Part shown: positions 38,030 to 58,041 of the stretch, in pieces
Position numbering within the stretch: the first letter of the stretch is position 1
How the letters are laid out: every line of letters starts with the position of its first letter
NCBI GenBank assembly: GCA_965153355.1
Contig: OZ231126.1
Coordinates: forward strand, 18,476,001-18,540,000
From: Flaccisagitta enflata
Lineage: Eukaryota
DNA length: 64,000 nt
Direction: 5' to 3'
Notes under the pieces: generated by a model
The model's database searches: none
The model's input: only the letters and a program-made list of their open reading frames with translations
What the model was told of the DNA's origin: nothing
Translations under genes and position numbers: made by a program

Positions 38030-40893
38030 CAGTACGAGAATCAAAGAACTGGGTAACTGGAGGGAAGCCATATCTGTAAAACGGCTAGGATTCATGATCA
38101 AATTTTTTACCATAAAATGCACCTATAGGTGTACTATGTTGTTTAAGGTTTTGGAGCCATTCCAACAAATTCATTTTTTTTTGTCCAAAAATTTTTTTTT
38201 CTGTTTTGGCTGATTTTGACCACAAAAATTACACTAAAAATAATTTCTTTCATATGTATGTTAGTTAGATAGTTAATACAAATTTCATTTTTTGTTGGGG
38301 ATTTTCCGCCAATTTTTGTGGCTACGGCACCCAAAACTCAAAAAACACAAAAAGTGGGATATTTCCTAAAATTTTCTATAAAATCCCTTGATTTTTGGTG
38401 TGGTAGTAGTTTTAGGATCCACTAATAAGTGTGCAAAATTTCAGTTCTTAAAATGAATTTTTGATACAGTTATGAAATTTTAAATTTTTCACAAAATGCA
38501 ATGTAGGACGATTTTTGGTCAAATTTTTTTTTCAAATAAAAAATTTTGCCCATTGTTATTTTTTGATAAAATAAATAACAAATTAAGAGTTTCTAAAAAA
38601 ATTTTTGAACTAGCCCTCTTAGTAAAAAAATTTTTTTCTCAAAATTTGTGAAAATGACCCATTTTTTGAAGTTGAATAAAAACTGTTCCTGTCATCCGAT
38701 CATCTTCATTTTTGGTGGAGTTGTTACCTGTTATATACCCTAAATTTGAGCTCACTGCGACTAACGGTTGCGGAGATATTGACGTTCAAAGTTACTTTGT
38801 CAGAGCAAAATCAGCAAAATTGGCATTTTGGCCATTTTTGAGCTTTTATAAAATTGTATTTTTTCCTTCACACACCTCCATTTTGGCTGAAGTTACTCAT
38901 GTTTATGCATATATTCATATTGCAAAATTTCACACTTGTCAGTCAAGCCGTTTTACAGTTATGGTGGTCCAAAGTTTCAAAAAATGCAAATTTTTCAATC
39001 AAATCTTAGGCGGAAAAATCAGCGAAAATTTTTCAAAAAAAGGTCTCCAAAGGGGGGGTCCAAAAAATTAGAAATTATTTTATTTTCCCAACTCAAAAAC
39101 CCTGATGAAAACTTTTTTTTCAATTTTTTTGAAAAATTTTCACAGTAGTTTTTGTTGAAAAATTTGCATTTTTTGAAACTTTGGACCACCATAACTGTAA
39201 AATGGCTTAACTGACAAGTGTGAAATTTTGGAATATGAATATTTGCATAAACATGAGTAACTTCAGCCAAAATGGAGGTGTGTGAAGGAAAAAATACAAT
39301 TTTATTCAAGATCAAAAATGGCCAAAATGTCTATTTTGCTTGTTTTTGCTCTGACAAAGTAACTTTGAACGTCAATATCTCCACAACCGTTAGTCGCAAA
39401 GAGCTCAAATTTTAGGTGAAGTTAGGGTAGATAACAGGTAATAACTCCACCAAAAATGAAGATGATTGGATGACAGGAGCAGTTTTTATTCAACTTCAAA
39501 AAAAGGGTCATTTTCACAATTTTTTAGAAAAAAAATTGTTTTACTAAGAGGGCTAGTTCAAAAAATTTTTTAGAAACTCTTAATTTGTTATTTATTTTAT
39601 CAAAAAATAGCAATTTACAGAATTTTTTATTTGAAAAAAAAAATTTTTGACCAAAAAAAGTCCTACATTGCATTTTGTGAAAAATTCAAAATTTCATAAC
39701 TGTATCAAAAATTCATTTTAAGAACTGAAATTTTGCACACTTATTAGTGAATCCTAAAACTACTACCACACCAAAAATCAAGGGATTTTATTGAAAATCT
39801 TAGGAAATATCCCACTTTTTGTGTTTTTTGAGTTTTGGGTGCCATAGCCACAAAAATTGGCGGAAAATCCCCAACAAAAAAGGAAATTTGTGTTAACGCA
39901 TCTAACTAACATACATATGAAAGAATTTTTTTTTAGTGTGATTTTTGTGGTCAAAATCAGCCAAAAACAGAAAAAAAAATTTTAGACAAAAAAAAATGAA
40001 TTTGTTGGAATGGCTCCAAAACCTTAAACAACATAGTACACCCAGGGGGGGCCGGCAGGGTACCTAACATGCCGTAAGAATTAATTTTTTTCTTGTTTCA
40101 CACAAATTCATGTCAAACTAAGAAGAATCTGTTGTCAAACCAATTCTTACGGCCTAGGAAGATAGCTAAAATTAATTTCAGTGATATAAAAAATTATTAA
40201 AAACAGATTGCAATGGAAATCGTTACAGAAGAGGTTGAGGAAACATTTTTTTGTTCTTAACAAAACGTAGCAAAGGATAACTCATCTATGTTTCACTTCA
40301 TTCCCAACTGCACTATGACCCACAAAAATCAGGTTGTGGTAGTAATCAAAGATTACAAATTGATCGAAGAATTTCTTGATAGTGACTTTTTCTGACCATA
40401 AAAAGATCAAAAATCAAAACTAAGCGGTACATGAGCAGGAAATCACTTCACTGCAAGAGCTTAGTTTTGGGGTATTACCCTAAACTTCCAGAAATGTTTC
40501 GGTCAAGCGGTTTTTTAATTTTCAGACGGAAGAATAGATGGAAAATCATTTTTGACGGTTCTTACGGTAAGCTTTTTTCGCGCTCTTTTTCTTCCTTTTT
40601 TTCAGCGGACTTTTCTATTTATAGTTTTCTTAATAACTCATGAGGGAACTTTGTTTACAAAAGAAATCAAGGAGTAGAATGCCATGGAAACCACCGGACA
40701 TAACTTCATCAAATGGAATTTGTTCCAAAGAAATAAGTCATACCCTAAAAGAGCTCTTTACACATTATCAGCCTCCTTCCTCCTCTGTAGTACACCTATA
40801 GGTGCATTTTGTAGTAAAAAATTTGATCATGAATCCTAGCCGTTTTACAGATTAGCTTCCCTCCAGTTACCCAGTTCTTTGATTCTCGTACTG
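38030..40893. mobile_element. Tc1/mariner-type foldback element (TA TSD, CAGT ends, about 970-bp arms) with a nested insert
   Basis: TA|CAGTACGAGAATCAAAGAACTGGG...CCCAGTTCTTTGATTCTCGTACTG|TA. Arm 38030-39000 pairs with 39150-40042 plus 40797-40893. Confidence 0.9.
40043..40787. mobile_element. 745-bp insertion with a 9-bp TSD
   Basis: TAGTACACC at 40034-40042 and 40788-40796. Imperfect termini CAGGGGGGG...CCTCCTCTG. Confidence 0.75.
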
Positions 40894-41525
40894 TATCGGA
40901 ACGGCGGCCTGGGTTCGCTAAACACGTGCCCGATGATCCTCTTAAAACTATCGAAGTAAATTATGCGTTGCCTCAAACCCAATATCCGCTGTGGAAAAAA
41001 AGGGACTATCGAGAAAAAAACGCTGTGAAGCCGGATTAGCGATAACCGAGTGATAGAGTTGTTCGACCTTAACTACTAGTCTACTACCTTAACTTCCAAT
41101 CCAAACAACTTACAATCAAATTCAACAGATGTGACTTTTGGCAGATTTTTTAAAGGAGATCCGTTTAAATGGTCAACATGATTTTCTTGTTACTAGGACA
41201 TTAGGACAAGTATGTCTTCTGAATCTTGTCTGTGTGCTTTCCATGCCATCATTCTAAGTCAAGTCAAGATCCACTCAACTTAAATCAAACTGGTCATCGT
41301 GGCTCATCGAGAGCAAGCATCATCGTCATATCATCTGCTGCCATTATCCGCAAATTCCTTTGTCATCTACTGCGCCATCTGCAGCATCTTCGGCCATTAT
41401 CTATGCGTCGTGCTACACGGACATGGTGTGCCCATTTGTAGCTTATCCTTTCTACTCAAGGTCCAACTTGTAGTCCTGAGTCCAGACCAGACTTATGCTA
41501 TAGAAAGAGGGGTAAGTACGTAATA

Positions 41526-42231
41526 CAGTTTAGCTTCACTAGAGCGCACCTGTTAATAAGGCAATTCCTTTATTGATAAGCCCTGCATATAAGGCACCCG
41601 CCTGTTTGGCAAATTTCACCATAGCGCATGAAAAATAGGATATTTGATAGATATTTTACTCGCTAACAAGCAAATTGGGGAGGTGGATGAACAAAGGTTG
41701 GAAAAGAGGGCAGATGATGAAAAGGAAAAATGATGAGGGCGATTTCGATGATGAAGAGGAACCCCAATGACGATGATAGGTGATACCGATGATGATGAAG
41801 AGGAAAACGAATGATTATGATGAAGAGGAAGTGAAAGAAACGGGAAACTAGGTGAAATGAATGGGAAAGGAGGGAGATGATGAAGAACAGTGGAAACTAG
41901 ATTTGCCAATGAATCCTTGCCAGTGAAAGATCGATGATGCCATTTTGGTGTTTGAATGATATTTTCAACCACTGTATAATTATGCCTTGTGAGGCTGTTT
42001 ACAATCATCGAGCATTGCAAAAAGTAAAGGAAGATCTAAATCAATTTGTTGCCTCCTTCAAGCAACCTGTTTGATTGTGAATTAAACCAACAGATAGAAT
42101 AAAGTTAAGTATATTTGAACCTTCTGTACTCAGTATGGTGCAAAAATATATATGCTCGGCTATAAGGCACCTCGCCTCAAAGGCATGAAATCAACTGGTC
42201 CCTTGAGATTCGTTCTAGTGAAGCTTAACTG
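41526..42231. mobile_element. pogo/Tc1-type MITE immediately upstream of the gsc promoter
   Basis: TA|CAGTTTAGCTTCACTAGAGCG ... CGTTCTAGTGAAGCTTAACTG. Confidence 0.7.
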
Positions 42232-42343
42232 TGTACAAATCACCATCCCATCAATCATCATTGAAGAGACTTCACCCCAAACCCAGTTCTCTTTTCCCAA
42301 TCTCATCAATTCAGTGGCACGTCCTCATTAGATGATGACCCCA

Positions 42344-42383
42344 TATATAAGGAGCGCACGGACGACGAGAGCGCCTCTAGTTT
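42344..42383 (+). promoter_or_regulatory. Putative gsc core promoter (TATA box plus Inr-like site)
   Basis: TATATAAGG at 42344-42352, a GC-rich spacer, CTAGTTT about 30 bp downstream, and the ATG about 115 bp further on. Confidence 0.55.
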
Positions 42384-42492
42384 TCGCCGCTCTTAGATCT
42401 ACGATCTTTTAGCGACTCTCTGCGTTAACGCTGGTTCAGCAGACTAGAGCATAGTGTGCTATTTTATATATATTTCGGCCACAACGGGTAAA

Positions 42493-49715
<7,223 letters not shown>

Positions 49716-52700
49716 TTTCGAGATGTTTTGGACCATCAAATCAACGCTATCACCAACAACATACCGTGGGATGGACGGACGGAGTATTAGACCCCCTTTC
49801 GGGAATGCTAAGTTTACTTACCAAATTCAGCCTCATGACAAAAGATGAACTTCCAACATAGTTTTCAATCGAATACACGCTTTGTCTGTCCGTTGGTAGG
49901 AGGGTCAGTCTGTGACATTTATCTTTTTCCGTCTCTACGAGCATACTATTTCTGCCCAAATACTTGACCCACTTTATCACTGCCCCTGCCCACCCGTACA
50001 CGACTTGGGTACCCGTGTATCCGGCCCCCATCCACACCTAAACCCCCAACCTCACATACAACCATCTTGGCCAAAAATATTGTCCCACCTATATGGCTAA
50101 TTTGTGACAAAACAACTAAAAGACCTTGTCAAAATCAATAACCATTGGACAAAGCTTGAAAAAATCTTCAAAATGGCACGAAGCAGAGCTCGGTAGCTCA
50201 ATTTGTTTAGATTTTAGAGCTAAAAGAGTGTAAACGTTCAATTCAACAAAAAATATGCAAAAAATGAGGGAAAAAATTGATCTGTTTATTTTTACTTTTT
50301 CTAAGCTTATCATGATAAAATCATATAAAAATCGGTGACCATTGGAAAGAGCTGTAAAAAAATCTGCCTAATGCCGCCAAGCAGATTTTTCTAATTCAAA
50401 CGGTATAGATTTTATATCAAAATGGATATACCTTGGCCGAAAAGTGCAAAAGAAAAAAATTGTTAAAAAAATCAAAAAATAAGTTGTACAAAATTTTTCA
50501 AAAATCCTTCATCTATGTTTACCCACATAATTACAGATGATATTTGGTACCAAAAGGGCCTAAATTAGTTATTTTTATGCAAAAAATGAATTTAATACAA
50601 GAAATAAGAGCGATAAGTAACTACAGTGCGACTCATAAAAAAGGTTACAACTTTCATTCTAATTTTACATAGTTTAAATTCAATAAATCAAATTGTTATT
50701 TACGAGCATTTTAAAGAGCTGCAAAAATTAAACAATTTGCCACCAGTCCCATCAAATTTGATCAATTTGTTTGGATTATGTTAAAATGAAGACAAATATT
50801 TCAAAACCTATGTGGGGAAAACAACCGATTTTCTTTCACAGTTTTATGAAGACAAATTTTACTAAGACTGTTGTAATTTCTAAACGGATTGAGCTACTAA
50901 CTCCAGAAACAGCTCAAATGACAGATTTTTTGAAGGGCTTTCTTCATGTCATGGATTTTGGATAGGTTTTCACATGATTTAAACTTTTTATGAATGACAA
51001 AAGAAAGAATTTTTTCATCACACAAATATCAAAAATGACTGATCTTTTTCCACCACTATGATATCCATGTTTGAAAAGGAGAAAGTAAAAAAAATTGGTG
51101 ACCATTTGAAAGATTTTCAAAAGATCTTTCATTCTAGACCAATCCAAGCCTCCTAGCTGCACTCGTTTAGAAATGACATTCAATTGAAGTTAATGGGTAC
51201 ATTTTGTGATAATGCCCCTTTTCAAACATGGAAATGGATATATTTCAGTCTTTCCTTTACTGTGTCTAAACAAATTGAGCTAGAAATGTGGGATTGGCGG
51301 AAAATGAAAGCTCTTTTGAATATCTTTCAATTGATCTATGATTTTAATTGATTTTCTGTACTGCAAATGATGAAAATCAAATGAAAAAGGTCCCTTTTTT
51401 ATATTCTTTGAAGAATTTACAGTTCAAACACAGATTCTGACACCATTATCCTCTTTTTATCATAAAATCTGAAATAATTGGTAAAAACTCATGGGATTTG
51501 TGACATTGGCTTCATTTGATGATACTCTCATTTTTTTCATGAGAAATATCTCATAGAACAGCTGTAACCTTTTTTATGGTTCGCAGTGTATATTGTTTTA
51601 CTGGGACTTTTATTTTGGCCAAGATGGTAACATTCACAAAAAGCTCATTTTTCCACCTTCCAACTCGATCACCACGAACCGACGGGCCAACGGACCAACA
51701 GATAGATAAAGCCTCTTATAGAGTTGCGTGTCCGCAACTAAAAATTCAAAATCTTTCAAATGGTTTTTAGCTCACAATTCATGAGGGTGACATGATGCTA
51801 ACAAAATTGCTTTACTATCATTTTCACTTTGTAACACTGTCTACAGCTAAGAACAGCTATAAAGGAAAGCTGCTACTGTAGCTAGCCATCTAGACGTAAC
51901 CATACTCCTCATCACGATGAAATCCATTTTTATTAAGAACGGCATATAAACAATTTGAAGCTGAAACAGAAGTGAGATGGGCTCAGGGAATATTTGTGAA
52001 ATTGATAATAAACATAGGGTCATGAAATTAATTGCTTGAAATGAAGTTTTGAAAATTGCGAAGGACGTAGATTCTGTCAGAAAATGGAGAAAGAAATATT
52101 GTATTAATTGCCTTGTCTGCATGATGGCATGAGTTAATGATACAAAAGCGGTTATGAATTTGAGACCATAACTATCAAATACACCAATATTACCAAACTA
52201 CTATAAGAAACCCTTTATCATGAAATCTAGTGATGTGAAATAGCCCTTATATTTCTATTATTGCAAAAGTACATTTCAGTCAACCTTACCTTATGTACGT
52301 CTGATGATATCAAGCGCCTCCTGATGAGCATAAATAAAGATCCCGAGCTAATGATGCTTTTGTTACCAGCTTCAATCAAACGACCCTGTAAATAGAACGG
52401 CCATAAATTTCTTATATAAATTTCTTATATCAATAAGTGAATAAAATTGCGCAAATCTACTACATACCCTGCCATCAATTGCAACTGCAACGAAAGGAAC
52501 CTTTATTATGCCTAAAATACTTGTTGTGAGATATTCTGATTGAGACTGTCTAAAAGCACATGATCTACGGTTTTTCCATGCAAAATTTCTTAGTACTGGC
52601 TCAAACGGTTTGGCCACCACACCTTTTTTACTGAAACAAGGCCAACACCTATAAGTCGCGTGCGAGACTTACAGACAAAGAATGACTTAGAATGACTTTT

Positions 52701-54631
52701 AATGACTTAGAATGACCTAAAATGACCAAAATTGACTTAAAATGACTAAAAAACCTTATGACCAAAAATGACTTAAAATAACTTAAAATGACTTAGAATG
52801 ACTTAAAATGACTTAGAATGACTCAAAATGACTTAGAATAACTATAAATGACTTTAAATGACTTAAAATGGCCTAAGAGTTGACGTTATAGTACAAAAAA
52901 GTAAAGTGTGACGGACCGACGGACGGACGGACGGACGGACTGACAGACGGACGGACCGAGGGACGGACCGACAAAGCGGGTTGTAGAGTCGCGTGCACGC
53001 GACTAAAAATTACTAGATTAGTTTGAATAAATTCTAAATAAGAAAATATTTTATTTTTTGCAAATATTTCTTTAGTTCTCAAAAAATTTTGAATAATAAA
53101 CCAAATTGATAAGTTACTAAGTATTCTTAACCAATTTGGTCATTTTTGCTCTATCATAACAATATTAGTACAGTTTTTAAATAAAAAGATGCTGAAAAAT
53201 GCTGTTTTTGGGAAAAATCTTGTCAAACTTCAATATCATGTTGACACCAAACTGCTAAGACATGGAGAACCGAAAAATATCTCATTTTATTCAGGGTCTG
53301 TGACACCCTTATGGAGCTTGAAAATGACCATTTTTGACCAAGTGAGAAATCCATTGCCTCCCACACTATCCCCACATGGGCCCTTTCCAGAAAAACAGCC
53401 ACTTAGTGAGGGTTTGACCACGGAAGAACGGCAAAAAGAGAGAGGAAATGCATGAAAATATCTAAACTAAGCTGAGAAAATTTTTTTTACCTTTTTTTCA
53501 ATTGAATGTTACCACCATAATGTTAGGATTGACATCAATTCCACAGAACATATTCACTTATCTACTTATGAAAAACAAATAACATTCTTTACAGCCCTTC
53601 ATATTAATTTCTTATGCCCTTATTAAAAAAAACCCTGTTCGCTGTCAGTTGATAATTATCGATTGGTAATTTTCAGTCTACAACTTGTGTTCACAAAAAA
53701 TCTATCTTCCTGTTAACACAGCTCCTTGAAATTTTTACTGTAGTTAGTGGACGTACCCAGCTGTCTGCATGTCAAATTTTATCAAAATATACCTATGGGA
53801 AGTGGGGTTTCCATCGATTTGTTTTTCCAAAACCAAGAAAATTATGATTTTGGAGAGTGGCATTTTTTCTGGCGTAAATTTTATTACGGCTTTACCTAGA
53901 AGAAATTCGTATTTTCAAGAACATCCATCTTTAGATATAGTATTTTGCTTGAGACGGATGTTCTTCATTTTTTCATTTTTTCATTTTTCATACAAATTTA
54001 AAATTTACGGTAGCGCTTGTCATGCCCACTTGTCTCATTTGAAATCAGTCGCAGTTAACACTTCTTACATACAGTTGTAGAATCTTCAGATTCTCAGTAA
54101 TCACTCAACATAGAAGCCCAAAAGGGGGGATTTTACTTCTCTGCTGAAAAATGAGATCTTTCTTATCAGATTATGACCCTTTTGGTATGCAAATTAATTT
54201 TTAAGATAAAAAGATGTAAACGTGAAAAGCTTGACAGTTTGTGTGAGCGCCGGTGAGTGTGTGAGCGCCTGTGTGTGTATTTGTGTGAGCGCCTGTGTGT
54301 GTGTGTGTGTGTGTGTGTGTCTGTGTGTGTGTGTCTGTGTGTGTGTCTGTGTGTTTGTAACATGCGAGATGTGAATTCCAGAATTGAAAGAAATAAAGGA
54401 GGAAAGAAAAAAGAGAAAAGATAACAAGTGACGAGGGCTCACAATGTCATTGGGGATGGGTAGGCGGGGGCCCCCACACCTCTACCCAACCCACACGCAC
54501 TAACAGACAAAAGCAGCACCAAATATTTATGTTTTCGCACTTTTCAATGACAAAGCTTCTTGTAGAGTTGCATGTCCGGAACAAAAAAAAGTGGAGGAAG
54601 AAAAAACCAAACTAGGAATAAGAAAAAAAAA

Positions 54632-54679
<48 letters not shown>

Positions 54680-54727
54680 AAACAAGGCCCGATACACGGC
54701 AATCCAGTCGTGGATGGTTGGGCAGGA

Positions 54728-55763
54728 GGGTAATTTCAGGAGAAACCAACCAAATCATAAAACCCTCAAATCATAGATTTTGCTTATTTTTGGTATACAG
54801 GTGCACCCTGGGAAGTTATTAACAGATCCTGAATCTTTTTGTTTTACGACCAATATTTTAGATTTTACGGCCGTTTGAAATTTTGGAAATTTTAGGAAAT
54901 TTTGGGAATTTCGCAATGTTTGAAAGGTCATAACTCCAATAGTATTTTTAGAAAAGAGGTGATCTTGGTATCAATCTACTAGGTTTAACCCAGAGAATCT
55001 AATGGAGCAAAACATTTTTTTTGAAAAAAGTTGATATGATAGTTTTTTTGCCTATGCGGGGCCATTTTGGGTACCCCTAGGTACCTAGTACGATGAAATT
55101 TGGTAAAAAAATATTTGGAAAAAATTCTTTAATGTTTTTTGATTCATATCCAAAAGAAAAAAAAATGGCCCTTTTTCTCAAAGATACTGAAATAATGGGT
55201 CAAAGTTGACTCCTTTGAATCTTGGCTCCTGATTGGCTGTTTAAACCAATCGCTGACCAATCAGGAGCCAGGATCCAAAGGACTCAACTTTGACCCCTTA
55301 TTTCAGTATCTTTGAGAAAAAGGGCCATTTTTTTTTCTTTTGGATATGAATCAAAAAACATTAAAGAATTTTTTCCAAATATTTTTTACCAAATTTCATC
55401 GTACTAGGTACCTAGGGGTACCCAAAATGGCCCCGCATAGGCAAAAAAACTATCATATCAACTTTTTTCAAAAAAATTTTTTGCTCCATTAGATTCTCTG
55501 GGTTAAACCTAGTAGATTGATACCAAGATCACCTCTTTCCTAAAAATACTATTGAAGTTATGACCTTCCAAACATTGCAAAATTCCTAAAATTTCCTAAA
55601 ATTTCCAAAATTTCAAACTGCCGTAAAATCTAAAATATTGGTCGTAGAACGAAAAGATTCAGGATCTGTAAATAATTTCACAGGGCGTACCTGTACACCA
55701 AAAATAAGCAAAATCTATGATTTGAGGGTTTTATGATTTGGTTGGTTTCTCCTGAAATCACCC
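54728..55763. mobile_element. About 1036-bp near-perfect palindromic element nested in a DINE-like copy
   Basis: GGGTAATTTCAGGAGAAACC...GGTTTCTCCTGAAATCACCC with a spacer of about 20 bp. Flanking direct repeat AGGA (or CAGGAG). Confidence 0.9.
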
Positions 55764-56749
55764 AGGAGCAGTAAAGCGATAACCGCTCGGAATTCAAAAA
55801 TGTGACGGACGGACACACCGGCATAACAAACTGCCGACCGACACGGCAAGGTGTTGAGTCGCGTGTCCGCGATTAAAAAGAATGAAAGAAAGAAAGGAAG
55901 AAAGAAAGAAAGAAAGAAAGAAGGAAAGAATGAAAGAGAGATAGAAAGGAACAGGTCGCTCTTGCGTCATATGGACAGCGGTATCGTCGCCCCATTGTTA
56001 TTCATCATCGTCAGGGAAGAATGAGGTTAATGGGGCAGCGGCCCTGGAGGGGCCAATGACCACATAGGGGTGATGACCACATAGGGCAATGAGAAAATTT
56101 ACATAAACGAGGATTGAACTTGGCAAGTAGTACCCTTCACAGGAAATATGCTGATTTGTCATGTTTGATTTCAGGCCTGAGAAGGCTGATTCGATGTCTA
56201 GAAAAGCTAATTTGAGGCCTAAGGGGGCTTATTTCTGGCCTGAGAGGGCTGATTTCAAGCCTGAGAAGGCTTATTTGAGGTCTAGAGAAGCTGATCGAGG
56301 CCTGAGAGAGCTGATTTCAAGCCAAAGAGGGTTGATTTCAGGCCTGAGAAGGCCAATTTGAATTCTAGAAGAGCTGATTTGAGGCCTAAGAGGGCTGCTT
56401 TCAGACCTGAGAAGGCCAACTTAAGGTCCAGAAGAGCTGATTTGGGGCCTGAGAGGGCTGATTTTTGATCTGAGAGGTGTGATTTTAGGCCTGAGAAGGC
56501 TGTTTTGAGGTGCGGGAGGGCTCAAGGAGGGGGACGGAAAAGACGGAGAAACGGAATTGTCCTATGTGGAATCATAGGTCATCGGCCCTGGGAGAAGGAA
56601 AGGAACAAGGCCGGATACACGGCCACCAGTTGCGGGTGGGCAGGGGCGGAAATGCACGTTTTCACATTTTTCAACTCATGCTCACGGACCAACGGACCAA
56701 CAGACCAACGGACAGACAAAGGCTCTTATAGAGTTCTGTGTCCGCAACT

Positions 56750-56887
56750 AAAAAGACAGAAAGAAATAAATAAATAAATAAATAAAGAAAGAAAGAAAGA
56801 AAGAAAGAAATAAAAAGGAAAAGAAACAAAGAATGAAATAAGATAAATAAGATGAGTAAATGCAAGAAAGAAGAAAAGGAAAAAGAC

Positions 56888-56922
<35 letters not shown>

Positions 56923-57011
56923 AGAGAAGAAAGAAAGAAAGAAAGAAAGAAGAGAAAAAAAAAAGAAAGAAAGGAAGAGAAAAAAAAGAAAGAAAGAAAG
57001 AAAGAGAGAAA

Positions 57012-57051
<40 letters not shown>

Positions 57052-57140
57052 AAAAAGAAAGAAAGAAGAAAGAAATAGAGAAAGAACAAAATAAAAGAAG
57101 AAAAAGAAACAAATAATGAAAAAAGATAGATAAGATAAAT
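56750..57140. repeat. (GAAA)n-rich purine tract
   Basis: Read directly from the sequence. It generates the spurious F/L/S- and K/E/R-rich ORFs. Confidence 0.9.
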
Positions 57141-57931
57141 AAATGTATGTAGAGAGACTAACAAGTTATCCACGCAGGGTTACAATATCTGGACAGTCAC
57201 ACACTCACACACAGACACTCGCTCACACACTCACACACACAAACGCATATACACACACACACTCCCACACGCGCACACACAGATGTCTTTCATGCTTTTA
57301 TAAGACTCGTGATTTATGGAAATTCAAACAGATGGATGGACTGAGGGAAGGACGTTTGGACAGACGCATGGACAAATGCATGGACAGATGGGAAAATGGA
57401 CAGACAAGCAGACTAAACTTCTTGTATAGTCGATGTCAGCGAATTAAGATGAGATGTGCTGCGATGTTTCAAGTGGACATTCAGAAAAGATTGGAAGGAA
57501 AAGGGATTTTTTTCATTTTTTTCATCTTTGGAGAAAAACATCTGTAACTTTTGTTAGAGGTACAAATTCGTATCAATTTTTTCGTTTAATCACTTGTAAT
57601 AGCATATATAACAACTAGAAAAAAACAAATTTTGGTCAAAAAGCTGTTGAATTTTGACCCCCCATGAATGGCAAGCGTTTCACAAGCTTGCTTGCTGTCC
57701 TAAAGCCAGTGCTACAAAATTTTGCATGAATAAACCGTAGGTTACATGCTTTCAGATAGTATAAATCAGAATTCTTCATTATACATACTTTAAGCACAGT
57801 AAAGGTTCTGCTGGTTGCAGTTGTATTTGATGACAGGGTATCACTTGACTAACAACCCTTCAGCCCCACTTACAATTGCTTTTATACATTCGCAAACAGC
57901 GCAGAGGCTGCTTAAGGCACATACATGTTAA

Positions 57932-58041
57932 CTAAATAGCTGCAGCCTTTGAGTGAGCATCCGATTCGCCAGGTGCCATCATATTGAAAATTCTACTTTC
58001 AATCGCTCTGTGTCTGAACTTGCTGGCGTAATGCAACTCAT
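57932..58041 (-). CDS. NCOA5: NCOA5 probable terminal exon
   Basis: Phase-1 acceptor TTTCGCAG, then DELHYASKFRHRAIESRIFNMM...AAAI*. Confidence 0.55.

Noticed and set aside
56161..57173. LRPERAD-like heptad ORF and F/L/S-rich membrane-like ORFs
   Set aside because: They derive from 21-bp internal repeats of a mobile element and from (GAAA)n.
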